This document shows positions 19,057 through 31,305 of a stretch of DNA of 38,878 bases, in pieces. The notes beneath the pieces are model-generated. The model was not told the DNA's origin and did no database searches. It saw only the letters and a program-made list of their open reading frames with translations. The position numbers were made by a program, and so were the translations under genes. The DNA is from Gonapodya sp. JEL0774 (Eukaryota): NCBI GenBank assembly GCA_027604505.1, contig JADIIX010000175.1:1-38878 (forward strand). The letters run 5' to 3'. Numbering within the stretch: position 1 is the first letter of the stretch; each line of letters opens with the position of its first letter.

Positions 19057-22000
19057 ATGGCGACATCAATGGGGCGATCTGTGCCGCGATATGCCACTCT
19101 TGCCTCTTGTGGATTCCAATTCCTGCCGACGAATCCGTCGCTGCCCCAAGTCCATTCTCTGGCATCGCTCACAGTTCAGCCTGCATCCATTTCTGGTGCC
19201 AGGAACTATAACTCGAACACATTCCGTGAAGATGAAGGTGGACCCAAAAAATACTCCCAGGGCCGGCCTGGAAACTCTGGAAACTGGAACAGGAGACCCC
19301 AGGACAGGAGAGAAGACTCGGGCCGTGACGGCGCACCGAATCGAAGAAATGGGTTTCCACAAGGAAACTCGGCAGATGGCTCTGGAGCTGCCTCGCAAGC
19401 TCGTGGCCCTAGGGACATGGGAGCGAACGGACTGTCTCGGCTTCCGTCCATGGATGGGAGCACAAGACCCTCGAACGGAAGACCCTGGGTGCCAAAAGAA
19501 GAGTACGAAAGGCGAAGAGCAGAACAAAGAGCCGCGAGAAACGAACAAGGTTATTCGGGTCCGAGAAGGGATGAGTTCCCTAGAAGAGATGGTCAGTTTA
19601 GAAGAGATGATGGCCCGAGAACGGATGGTGCTTTGAGAATGGATGATGGCCAAAGGAGGGATAATAGAGAAATGGGCAACTTCCGGCCCAGAGCGGGTCC
19701 CGGATTTCCTCGCAACAATAAGTTCGACGGATCCAGACGTCCCGACATCGACAATATCGGGTCAGGACAAACTTTAAACAGACGGACATTTGAGAATCGT
19801 CAGCCAGCGCCTCGTGATCGAGAATCTCAATTTTATGGTGCGCGGGACGCTGAACGTCAGCAGAGTCCGAAGACACGGACCCCTGCCCCAGCCGGGGAGG
19901 ATGGGGATGCAATCGAGTTTGAGCTGGACGCAGATTTCGTCGAAGAACTTCCGAGAGCCAAGACAGTCAGAGAAGACGTTGCAAACAAGGACCGTTTGGC
20001 GATGAAACCTGAACGCAAGGACGCACCCAAAAAGCCTCGCCCCGCGTCCTTCGCGCCACGACGAACCTCCCCAACCAAAGTCGACTCAGACCCAGACCCT
20101 ATACTTGAAGTGTGGGACGAGGCACTCGACGAGGATGATGTCGACACAATCGACTTCGGCGGCGACCGTGCACGCCATCGACGGCGACGGAGAACCGAGG
20201 CGATTCGAACCCCTCAGAAGCCCGTCGACGTCCTCGTACCCGACTCCATCACCATTGCAAATCTTGCGCAAGCTATCGGTGCGGACCCACGCCGAGTATT
20301 GAGAAAGGTGGCCGAGATGGGGTTGGAAGGTGTCGCTGGGGTGGACCACAGTGAGTATCGGACACGTGTGGGTGGTGTTGTGGACAACATCGAAATGGTC
20401 TCTTGCAAATAGCACACATGGAAGCATCATCGGTCCTAACATGCACTTGTACCACTCCTTGTAGTGCTCCCTTCCGAGCTCGCCTCCCTCGTGGTCCTTG
20501 AGTTCAATATGAATCCGGTGGTCACATCTGTAGCTGAGTCTGATGCTTTCGACGTCCAACCGCGGTAAGCTCCTTCTCACCCGAAAACAGTGTGGGCATC
20601 CGAATTGACCTACTTCTCTCTCACCATTCATTGATGACCAAGACCACCTCCACCGTCCTGGTCTTCGTACCCCGTCCGCCCTCCCGTCGTCACCATCATG
20701 GGCCACGTCGACCACGGCAAAACCACCCTTCTCGACACGCTCCGCAAAACCGCTGTTGCCGCTTCGGAAGCCGGAGGAATCACACAGCACATCGGTGCCT
20801 TCTCGGTCAAATTGAGCCCCCCGGAATCCGACCCCTCCGCGCCTCCCCGGACCGTCACCTTCCTTGACACTCCAGGCCACGCTGCATTCATCACCATGCG
20901 GCGCCGTGGAGCGCAAACCACTGATATCGTGGTTCTTGTCGTCGCTGCAGATGACGGCGTCATGCCCCAGACCATCGAGGCCATCAAGCACGCGAAAGAG
21001 TCCAACGTGCCCGTGATTGTCGCGATTAATAAGTGTGACAAGCCAGGAGCAAAACCGGAGAGGGTTATGGAAGGGTTGTTGAGGGAGGGCATTCAGGTGG
21101 AGGAGATGGGAGGGGATGTTCCATGTGTGTCGGTATCGGGCCTCAAGGTGCGAGACAGCACACGGCGTAGCGCAAATATCGTGATGGAAAATTGTTGAGT
21201 GCTCATTTCTCGCTTTGTTGTCCCCATAGGGAACTGGCCTCGACGAGTTGGTGGAAACTATAGCAACCGTCGCCGAGATCCAGCTTGACGTTCGTGGAGA
21301 CCCGAGTGGACCTGTGGAGGCTGTTGTACTGGAATCAAAGGTTGAGCGCGGGTTGGGGTGAGATACGAATATGCATTTCCCAGGTCACTATGGTGGTAAC
21401 CACGCGATACGTCCTTTGCAGAAACGTGGCGACTGTCCTCGTTAAACGCGGTACCCTGCGGCCTTCGCAACACCTCGTTGCAGGCACATCGATGTGTCGT
21501 GTCCGAGCGATATTAGACGAATCCGGCAAAGCATTGACCTCAGCTGGCCCCTCCACACCCGTGCAAGTCCACGGTTGGAGAGAGCTTCCCGCCGCGGGAG
21601 ATCTCACCCTTGAAGTTCAAGATGGGGACGGGAGGAAGGCTGAGGACTTGGCGAAGAGGGTCGTGGAGGCGCGGAAGGAGAGGAAGAAGAGGGAGGAGGG
21701 GTGGAAGATGGTAGAACAGATGAACGAGGCCAGGGCCAAAAGGAGGAAGGAGAGGGAAATTGAAAAGGCGGTGAAGAAGAAGAAGGGTAAGCAAGTGGTT
21801 GGTGGGACGATGGAGGAAGAACCGGAGGAGCTGGTGCTCCCGATTGTTGTGAAAGGCAGGTTTTGTCTCAAACTCCAGAATTCTGCATTACTTTCATTTC
21901 ATGAGCCTTGATCATTCTAGCTGACGTCCACGGCTCCGTGGAAGCAATTTTGGGAGTCATTGATTCCTTGCCTCAAAGCGAGGTTCAAGTCAAGGTGATC

Positions 22001-22655
22001 AGCAGTGGGGTTGGGCCTGTGACAGAAGAGGAGATCCGACAAGCTTCCGTGGACGGAGGTGAGATAGGCCTTCATCTACCGACCCAGTTGAAAAATCTGA
22101 TTTACTGCGCTTGACTTTGAAGGGGTGGTGCTCGCGTTCAACCTGAAGCCATCTGTCCCTCCCCGCATTATGCACCTGGCTTTATCTGAAGGCGTCCGGG
22201 TCCGGCAACACACCATCATTTATCAGCTTATCGATGACATGAAAGACTTGCTTAGCGAGCTCCTGCCCCCAGAGATCAGAGTGGATATTTTGGGAGAAGC
22301 CAATGTTCTCGAGCGGTTTGAGATCACAGTCAAGGGCAAGGCAGACGAGGCTGTGGCTGGGTCCAAAGTGGAGGCGGGAAAGATTACGAAGAACGGATTG
22401 TTCAGGATAATGAGAAATGGAGTTGAGTTGTGGGAAGGTGAGGAAATTTTGAGTGAAACGCTTCACATTCAGATTCTCACTGTGTTTGCACTGCGTTTTC
22501 CAGGTCATTTGAAGTCTCTCAAGCATTTCAAAAAGGATGTTACCGAAATCACGAAAGGAAACGAGTGTGGAATCAGTTTCGACGGATTCGCTGGTTTCGA
22601 GCCCGGCGATGTTATTCAAAGCATTGTCAAGACAGAAATAAAGAGGCATCTGTAA
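19057..22655 (+). CDS. IFM1: Mitochondrial translation initiation factor IF-2, multi-exon
   Basis: [80 protein letters not shown]. Confidence 0.96.
19564..19665 (+). repeat. In-frame 18-bp minisatellite (~6 units) in the IF2 N-terminal extension
   Basis: agaagggatgagttccct / agaagagatggtcagttt / agaagagatgatggcccg / agaacggatggtgctttg / agaatggatgatggccaa / aggagggataat. Confidence 0.8.
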
Positions 22656-22842
22656 ATATGTAGTCCTCTATGATAGATTAGAAGCATAGATCTGTTGTTC
22701 GGGACAAGGCTTGACGGACGGAGCTGTGGCCTCTTTACTAGCCTTGTCCCTGCCTGATCCCTTCGCATTTGGTGGAGAACCAAACTGGTTCCCCCGACTG
22801 ACGGAACTTCTCTTGTCAAATTCAATTTCAAGTTTTGCGCAC

Positions 22843-23917
22843 ATGGCTGCTGTCGATACCCTTCCACCTATCCAGCAGCAGGAAGTCTCTGTAGTGGCAG
22901 CAGGAATCATGGAACGCACAGAAAAGATTCCTGGTGGGCTTCTACCCCAAAGTCACATTAAAAGCATATACACAATGTTGTTTTCCTTTGCTCAGTAGTA
23001 ATCAAGGGGAGCGTCGACAAGGGCTACAAATCATTCCGAGATGGTGAGAGCTTTTGGGCGAGCACAAACTCAGATTCTCTCCGTCAAACATATGACCAAA
23101 TACATTTTGAGCAGTCAAACCCGTTGCAAACAAGTTGTTGGCTCATAAGTGGTGAGGACGCGCATGACGAATCAACTTCTGCCTACTGTACCAATCATTC
23201 CTCCAGGACCGGCCGAGACCGCCAACGACATCTTGCCCGAATAACAGAGATATCAGAGGGTGTCTCGCATATTGATACGCACATACCAGTCCGTCTACTC
23301 CCCACCTCGTTCCACGAACACTCAGGTACCCGGAAGCTTCAGTTGGAAATGGAACGCAAGCGCGAGATCGCGGAGCAAAACACTATTTTGATGCGCAAAA
23401 TGCAAGAAATAAATGCTACCAAGGTGGGCAACTTGAACAGCACATTCCGAAATTGTGTTACTTATTTCGAAATCACCATCAGGGCGGCGGCATATCCAAC
23501 TTGCACTCCTCCGTACAAGGAAACCTAGCCTCACAAAATGAAAAGGCCATGCTTAGAAAGAGACAAAGGGAAGCGAAAAAGATAGGAGAAGAAAACCAGG
23601 TGTGTGCATTTTAGTACCCCACGAGTTTCCCCGAAACCGTTCTCATGGCCCAATATTGAAAACATTTAGGCAATTCTCGTACGTCTCCTTCCTAAAGGTC
23701 TAACACGTGAGCAGTTCTTCCTCCTTCAACTTCAAGAGCAGTTACGGCAACTACAGCTCTTGGAGCGAATTTCTGCGTACGTTTCATTGCTTTCGAGCTT
23801 GTCGGGGTGTACGCTTTCAAAGCATTTCCGTTTAGGTTTCCTGACAAATGGACAGAGGAACGAAAGAAAGTGCAGGAAAAACTTGAGGTCACCAAGAACC
23901 GAATGAAACAGCTGTAG
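22843..23917 (+). CDS. CFAP97/KIAA1430 (Hemingway) domain cilia- and flagella-associated protein, multi-exon
   Basis: Spliced: KPVANKLLAHKW..RQRHLARI...IDTHIP...KLQLEMERKREIAEQNTILMRKMQEI...RKRQREAKKIGEENQAIL..ISAFP, matching the repeated I..(E/Q)N..L..(K/R) pattern of the family. Confidence 0.75.
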
Positions 23918-23974
23918 CAACAAAATCCGAGCCTGTACATTTAATCATCATAATGTGCTATATGTAAAGAGCGT

Positions 23975-26900
23975 TCAAGACTTGGAAAATTTCCTAAGTG
24001 AAGCTGCCGATCCCGGTCGTGTGGACCACCCAGAATTGGTGAAGGAATCTACTCCAACGAATGCGACAGACTTGCGAGCACCCCATCCTCCTTCGTTGGT
24101 TCTTTCTTTGCTAAAGTTGCCTATCTCGCGATACGGAAACTTGGTGTCGGCTTCCGCAGAAGGAACAACCCGTGCGTTGTTGTCAGGTGCACCCGCCCTA
24201 TTTTTGTGCCACGAGCGAGCCGACCCAACTCTTATCCCTGACCCAGGTCGAGATATGTCTTGCGATCGGTTGTGCTTGAGGTACTGCTCCACGGTGGGCT
24301 CATCTGGATCGTGGATGCGACGAGGTTTGACATTCTCATGAGAAATGACAGCAGTCGCCAGACCGGCAGGATACAAGGCGCTCATGAGAGTTGGAGAGAT
24401 GAGTTTGTGAGTGTCGGAAAAACGTGATTCGGGAGGGAGGAATTCCAAATCGTCGAAAACTCTACGCTGATCGTGGGTAGTCTCCCCCGTCATCGATCTT
24501 AACCTCTGGGCAATCGCCTCTCGGACTTTTCTGTACCGATGATTCCTTCGCTCCAGCAACATAATCCTAATGCTGCTCGCCTCACACATACGAGAGAGCG
24601 AAGCGTCACGTTCTGCCATATCCGATATCTCAAGACCTGCTCCCAGCAGGTGGATGTGATGATCAGGACTCGTGGGACAAGAAAGCACCCAGCATTCAAA
24701 CATACCTTCAATATCTTCTGTAATTGAGAATTCTGATTGGTCATCTGGAAATTCTATGAGTCGTTCTGCCATAGTACGAGCCTCACTGGCCTCTGCTTCA
24801 GCCACACGTACGGCCTTTGCGGCTTCAATTCGAACTTCATCTACTTCTGCATGAGAGCGATGTAGCTCGGACCGAAGTTGCTCGCACTCCTCTCGCAATA
24901 CTGTGATCTGTTCTTCCGATTCATCCAGCCGCTCGGCAAGTGCATCACGGTCAGTAGTGACGTCGAACAAATCATTCTTGACGCGTTCACTATCGCTCGT
25001 TAAGACACTTTGGGCTACCTTCAAATCCTCGAGCTCTTGTTGTTCCACTGAATGGATACGATTCAATTCCTTGTGCTGTGCCTCCAAACCAGCAAGGGCA
25101 TCGGTGACCATCCGATTGGATTCTTGCAGCTCACTGACGTTCTTTTGAAGCGACGCAACTGGAGATTTCTGTATGAATTATGCTCATAGAGTGTAGAGAT
25201 GATGACTTACTTTGACCCTCATTTGCTTGCAACCGGGATTGCAAGATCTCAATTTCTTCATCCTTTCTGCGCACAACGTCCGGAGACACTATTTCTAGTG
25301 AGCTCGTCTCAATGCGATGGCTTTCCGTTAATAGGCGCTCATCGGCGGCTTTGATTTTCACCCGAAGGTTGACCACTTCATTCTGATCATTGAGGGACGA
25401 ACGGTTAATACAAAAGCAACTCAAACTCCAAATTGAAACCATCCCGTACTTCGGAGACTTCCAACGCGTCTCTCAACTTCAACTGGGTGTCTTGAGACTT
25501 TGCCAATTGACGCTTCAGGCTCTCCTCCACCATCATCGACGTGAGCTTTGACTCCTCATAATCTTCATGTTGATCAGAGAGCCACAGTGTACGCTCCTCC
25601 ACGGAATCAAGGGCAGCCCAAAAGATTCGCCACCGCAATCTTGAAGTTATTCTCTTTTGTTTTATGAGGCCAGGATCTGGAATGGTAGACAGATCAATGC
25701 CTTCGCTCCTTATAGTCGGCAAAAGGATCTTGTCGACTTCGTCTTCATTCTCGTCTGAGTCTTCAGGCCACTCCTCTTCCTCCGTATCCGATTCGGAGAG
25801 CGGGTGAGATTCGTACATGCCTGCATCCTCCCATCGTTTACGTCGCAAGGTATTGTGCTTCTTGTTTTTCGTCTCCAGTTTCCGAGAACTGGAACTTGCG
25901 GTGTTCTGTTGTCTTCGCTCTTCTTTCCTTTCGTGTGGAGGTGTTTCTACCGGCACCAGCGATCTCAGCATAATCGCATCTTCTTCCAAAGCGCCCACTT
26001 CGTACGCGACATCCGAGAGCAGTGTGTCACGATGTTGAAGCAGTGCCAGGTAGCAGGATAATGACATGTGAATTCGATTGAAAGAGGCTAGGAGCTCCGC
26101 TCCAGTCCCCAGAGCCTCAGAGTCTTTCGCACTTTTACCTGTTGGAAGGGGTGGAAGACCCGCCACGGAGGGGAGATTGGGAGTGGTTGAGGTTATCGAT
26201 GATCTCCGACGGTGCAACCCAGTGCTTTCATTCCTTGCCAGAGACTTTGCAACTGCTTCGTACGAACACTACCACCAAGTTGACCAAAATGTTTGAAACT
26301 CATTTCTAGTGCAGAAACGTCACAAGGAGGAGCTCACTGCTTTCAAATACGTAACAAAAGCCCTGGACATATCGTCCAGAAACCTCACGACAATTTTCAT
26401 GAGCAGGTCTCCTTGAACGTTGGGTAGGTCCCCTGGTATCAGCGCTTGCTCACCCATCCTAGACTTTGTATCTACCATCTCTGCTGTCTCCGGTTTCGGG
26501 AGCACCTTTCGCTCCTTTGACAAAGCTTTCCGCTGTGCGCGAGACAGTCGCTCCTCCGCCTTCGAATACGTGTGCTCAAAATTCGTCCGAAGAAAAAGAG
26601 TGCCAGTCAGGAAATTGATTGCAGAAGTGAGTTTGCTGAAGAATGGGTCACGGTGACCAGAAATTCTGAAGCATCTGGGATTGACAATCACCTCACCTTG
26701 TCCGCGGTAGATTCTGGACATCTCCTGAGCCCTGTGAGTTGCGAGATGGATTCCACGAAGCGCTAGAAAAGTCCGGTTCCTCCCGACCAGATTGCGCAGA
26801 GGTGCCGGAACGAGGCCATTGTCCTGATGAACCACCCGCAAAACTGGATTCTCTCTTCATTATGAAGGACCCGGTTCCTCCAGTTGAGGCTCCAAATGAT

Positions 26901-27214
26901 GGCGCCCTTCGTTGTGATATCTGAGACGATCCAACGCGACTTCGGCCCCCCACAGAAGTTCTGGGGGCGGGCAGATCCGCGATTCCGACCGCTCCACTCT
27001 GTCGCCGTCGCGGAGCACCATCCCATGATTCTGATGTGGCAGTGCGAGGTCCATCCATGGAACTACTTTGTCCTAAGGAACCGGAGGCAGAGGATTGCTG
27101 TCGCGAGCGATCGAAACCCTGTTGGTCGCGCGATGCAAAGCGAGACCTGCTTCGGGAGAAACCACCACGGTTGGGATCCCAGCCATCGGGATTGCTCGTC
27201 GAATCGTGCGACAT
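23975..27214 (-). CDS. Hypothetical coiled-coil protein with a disordered Ser/Arg/Gly-rich N-terminus, multi-exon
   Basis: Successive long minus-strand ORFs (26693-27214, 26320-26841, 25405-26217, 25131-25442, 23975-25111) separated by GT-AG intron-like gaps, with E/L/K/R heptad-rich segments. No family recognised. Confidence 0.75.
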
Positions 27215-27358
27215 CCAATGTGTTATTCAAATCTGTTTGTACAGTCCTCCCAACTCTCGTCCTCGTTTTGGCATTCTCAGCAACAATTTTTGTATTCCAT
27301 ATTTCACAATTCAAATCAGCCACAAAACCTTGACATGCTCCTTGTTTATACGTAGAAT

Positions 27359-28765
27359 CTAAGCAGCTGTACCGAAATCGTCCTTGGGCCAACGGAAGCA
27401 TGCCACGATAACTGTGACGTTGTCCGCTCCTGGAACTTTCGAGATCTTTTCCACGAGTGCTTCAACAGTTTCTTGGACGGGTACACCACGTGCCTTGTTG
27501 GAAGTGAGCTACAAGTAGACACCCGCAGAGTGGGTCACTGTAATACCCAAATTTCTCCACTTCAATTTTGCAAATGCACTTACAATATTCACAACCTGAG
27601 TGTCATCAAAGTAGTCCCCTAATGTTAAAATTATGAGTTAAAGAACCCAGGTCAGCTGTGACTTCAAAAGTGTTTCGAAAGCTGTGTGGGACGTACAGAG
27701 CCCATCTGATGCCAGCACCAAGAATTCGTTCCCAGGCGTAAGTTCAACTATCGAAACGTGAGGAGAAGGTGATATCCAATCCGCTGGTGCGTCGTTTGCG
27801 GGCAACTTGAAATCGAAATCCCCGAGTGCTCGACTCATATTGATTGAGTGACCGGGTGCGTGAACACGCCCGCCGATGACTTTGGCTGATGCTTTTCCCA
27901 GTCTACGAAGCAAATTTACATCTGCGAGTCGGGCAAAGTATCTTCTTTAGACCGCACACCTTTCTTGTTCCTCGCCTTCATGTGGCTTGTGCTCCTTCGA
28001 AAGGCGAATTGCTATCGATTCTGATTGACCTTGCGGCTTGCTGCTCAGAACTGCACGTGAATCGCCCACATTTGCCAGATCTGAAAGCATAGACAGGGCT
28101 TTGAGTTCCTCTGCGGCAGTAGACAAAGCTCTCTCGGAGTATCGCGGCAATACTACTAACAGAGAGAAGACTCCACAACCAGAGCTACCGTAGCTGGAGT
28201 GACACGAGTGCGATTATCGAGTGATCGTCGTTGAGACGTATGGCCCTGACACACCAGTTGTTCCGCCTTTGCTTTCAGGAAACAACTCTTTCCGAAGCAG
28301 TTCGTCTTCTTTTAGAAATGCTCTATTAGGTGGGGACAAACACAAGTTATGTACCGCCGGAGAGTCACCGTTAGAACTCAATGACACCCACGCTGCAAGG
28401 ACGTCCGCATAGTTCCCTGTTCTCAACAAATCACTTTCCAAGATCAGTTGTGGAATATTATGTGACGCATGAGTGGAGTAGACAGAGGAACCATGTCCTG
28501 AATAGATGCAAACTTGGTTCACACGAAGGCGTGGAGGGATGACGTAACCATTCGCCCACCGTCAAAGACCTTGGCCAAGGCCAAATAGAGATATCTCTTG
28601 AGCATCTCTCAAGATATAGGCTGAAGTTTTCTAAATAGCTACCATGAAAAGGGCCGTCTTCTTGTCTCTCCAAAGATCGTTGGCAACTGCGAATCTGTCT
28701 TCTTGATGGTCGCGAGATCCTTGCGCTCTATGCACTCCTACTGTAACATCAACCGGACTTGGCAT
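27359..28765 (-). CDS. PP2C (PPM) family Ser/Thr protein phosphatase, multi-exon
   Basis: QGSRDHQED, FMVFDGHG (via a micro-exon), GGTTA, NVGDSRAVL, RLSKEHKP, NMSRALGDFDFK, FLVLASDGLWD, GADNVTVIV. Confidence 0.93.
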
Positions 28766-28916
28766 AGTTACTCCAGACGAGTAGAAAAGGCCGTAGATCT
28801 AAACGATGTGGGAGTGCGGGGAATTTCTCCGCGTCCTGTGAAAGGGGCCGTGCCTCATTCATTTGCAAGTCGGCACTTCTCAACACAAAGCCAAGGTTCA
28901 CACCAAACTATTCGAG

Positions 28917-30426
28917 ATGGAATCCATCACCTCCCCTAAACCCCACCGGTTAGGCCCTGATGGAGTGGCGCATCCGCCATCTTCATCGACACCTTCTGTT
29001 CCCGCCGGTGGAGCCGTTGCAGCAATTCAACCACCATCGAAACATCTTTCCACCCCCGAAGAGATCCGCGAGTTCGTCGACAAGATGGACACGTTTATTT
29101 TTGATTGTGATGGCGAGTGATATGTAGAATTGGAGGTGTTGTGCGAAGAAAATGATGAGGTGATTAACAGAATGGTTCGTGGACGGGATCAAAAGGCGTG
29201 CTCTGGCTCGGAAACGATATCGTGGAGGGGGCACCAGACTTCCTTCACTATCTGGTATCAAAGGTCAGTGATATAGAGTGGTTGATTGCAAGACTCCGTT
29301 GTTCTATTGCGCTCAGTGTGGAATGTACACTTATATTCTTCACTGAATCACTCCAATCCAGAATAAGCGCATCATCTACGTGACCAACAACTCGTCAAAG
29401 TCGCGAAAGAACTACGTTGGGAAGTTTGCAAAGCTTGGCTTCCCGGCTGAGCCAGTGGGTGTCAACATTAGCTAGTAATTTGGAGATGATTCTCCACCTC
29501 ATGACGGCTCTGCTGCCTTTCCTTGTAACACAGGACAATATTTTTGGCTCGGCATATGCTGCGGCCTACTACCTCAAGAACATGTTGAAGTTCCCTGAGG
29601 ACAAGAAGGTGTACGTGATTGGAATGCAAGGAATTGTTGACGAACTCGCAGAAATGGGCATTCAGACTGCCGGAGCTGGAGTGAGTCTGTCGTTCATGAT
29701 TGCTTTCTTCATTAAGCATTGAGGACTAATAGCATAGCTGGCATCTAAGGCAGACAACGCTCCTTTGTCAGAGGACGAGTTTGAAAATGGTTCGCTCGGC
29801 CCTGATGAGTCTATCGGAGCGGTACTGCTCGGATTCGACTCGCAAATCAATTACCGTAAGTACGCTAAGGCGTACACGTACCTGACAGTCAACAAGGGCA
29901 AAGTTCACTTCCTCGCAACCAATGAGGATCGAACGTATCCAATAAGCGGCAGCATATACCCTGGTCAGTTCAGACTGTTATGTCTCAGTGGTACGGATTG
30001 CTGCCCTATCTGATGATCATCGTCCGGTAAACAGGAACCGGCTCACTTCTCGCAGCATTGATCCACTCCGTCAACCGGAGGCCGGACGCGGTGCTCGGGA
30101 AGCCTAGTCAAAATATGATGAACACTATCCTGGAAAGGTGAGGGTCAATGGACCGGAAGCTTCCCTAGTTTCCGTGATCGTTCTGGGATTGGATCCTCAC
30201 CCCACAGTGAATTCCTGTTTGTTTTTGCCTCAGGTTCCATCTCGATCCATCTAAAACCTGTATGGTTGGAGATCGACTAGATACAGACATTGCGTTTGGC
30301 AAGCTTGGTGGCCTCCACACGTTGCTTGTGATGACGGGTGTCACCTCGCCAGCGGAGCGAGATGGTGGCAAGGGAGCCGTTTCTGCTGATTTCTGGATTG
30401 AAAGCGTAGGCCATTTACGAAAATAG
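28917..30426 (+). CDS. PHO13: HAD class IIA phosphatase (4-nitrophenylphosphatase / phosphoglycolate phosphatase), multi-exon
   Basis: FIFDCDGVLW (motif I), [44 protein letters not shown]. Confidence 0.93.
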
Positions 30427-31305
30427 AAATAGAGCTTAGAGAGCTTAGTTGTACAAATACACGCACTATATGCAGTCCCCCATATATGAAAATCCTAAAC
30501 CATCCCAACGTTGCATCAAAAGCGACATTGAGAGTTGATGCACGTAACTTAACACGCACTGCTTGAGAGAAATTGCATGTAAAACCGCAGCTCAGTATTA
30601 TGGAAATCGTCTGTGCGTGATTGAGCATGGCGTGACGGAGTATTGACACAAGTCACAACGACACAACGTTCATGGGCAACAATGCCCTATGAAGCATGCA
30701 AGCCGTCATAGTTTTCTTTAGAATGGGGACATTTGAATACTCAAATGTCCTATTAGTACACAAATCACACATACAATACAAACAGGGACGAAATTTCCCT
30801 TTAGACTTGCACAGAATTACATCTCTGGTGTGCTTCGTGTTTGCAAGTCCGGGAAAAGAGCTGAGTTGGTGAAGCGATTGCGATGCCCGTGGGTCGCATG
30901 TATTCACGGATGAATAGCTTTTACCGTTGTGCTGCACCGGAGAACGGAGATTCTGACCAATCACCTGGGCCCGTACCTGTAGCACTGCGTTGGTATCATC
31001 GAACCAGGACAGAAAGAAATTGATTTCCCGATTTTCGCAAAAGTTTTGTTCCGACCTTCATCCTTCCCCTCGTGGACGCCAACCGAGAGTCGAATTATCG
31101 CTCCTGAAGGAGCCCCGTGGAGACGCGTGCCAGTCAGGGTAGCGTCGGTCCTCAACTTTCTCCTTTCTGTGGAAAGTCGGAAAATTGCATCGTGATTCGA
31201 CACCCGGCGGATTCAAACTTGTCCCATATCTTTCGGCCTATCTTGAACGCTCTGGTGGAACCCGCCCTGCACTCTCTGGGTACTCAGCCGGAGAAAGCAT
31301 CCGTT

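Noticed and set aside
20086..20991. 301-aa minus-strand ORF and similar long antisense ORFs (e.g. 19066-19653, 9314-9856, 4436-4885)
   Set aside because: These are shadows of real genes on the opposite strand in GC-rich coding DNA.
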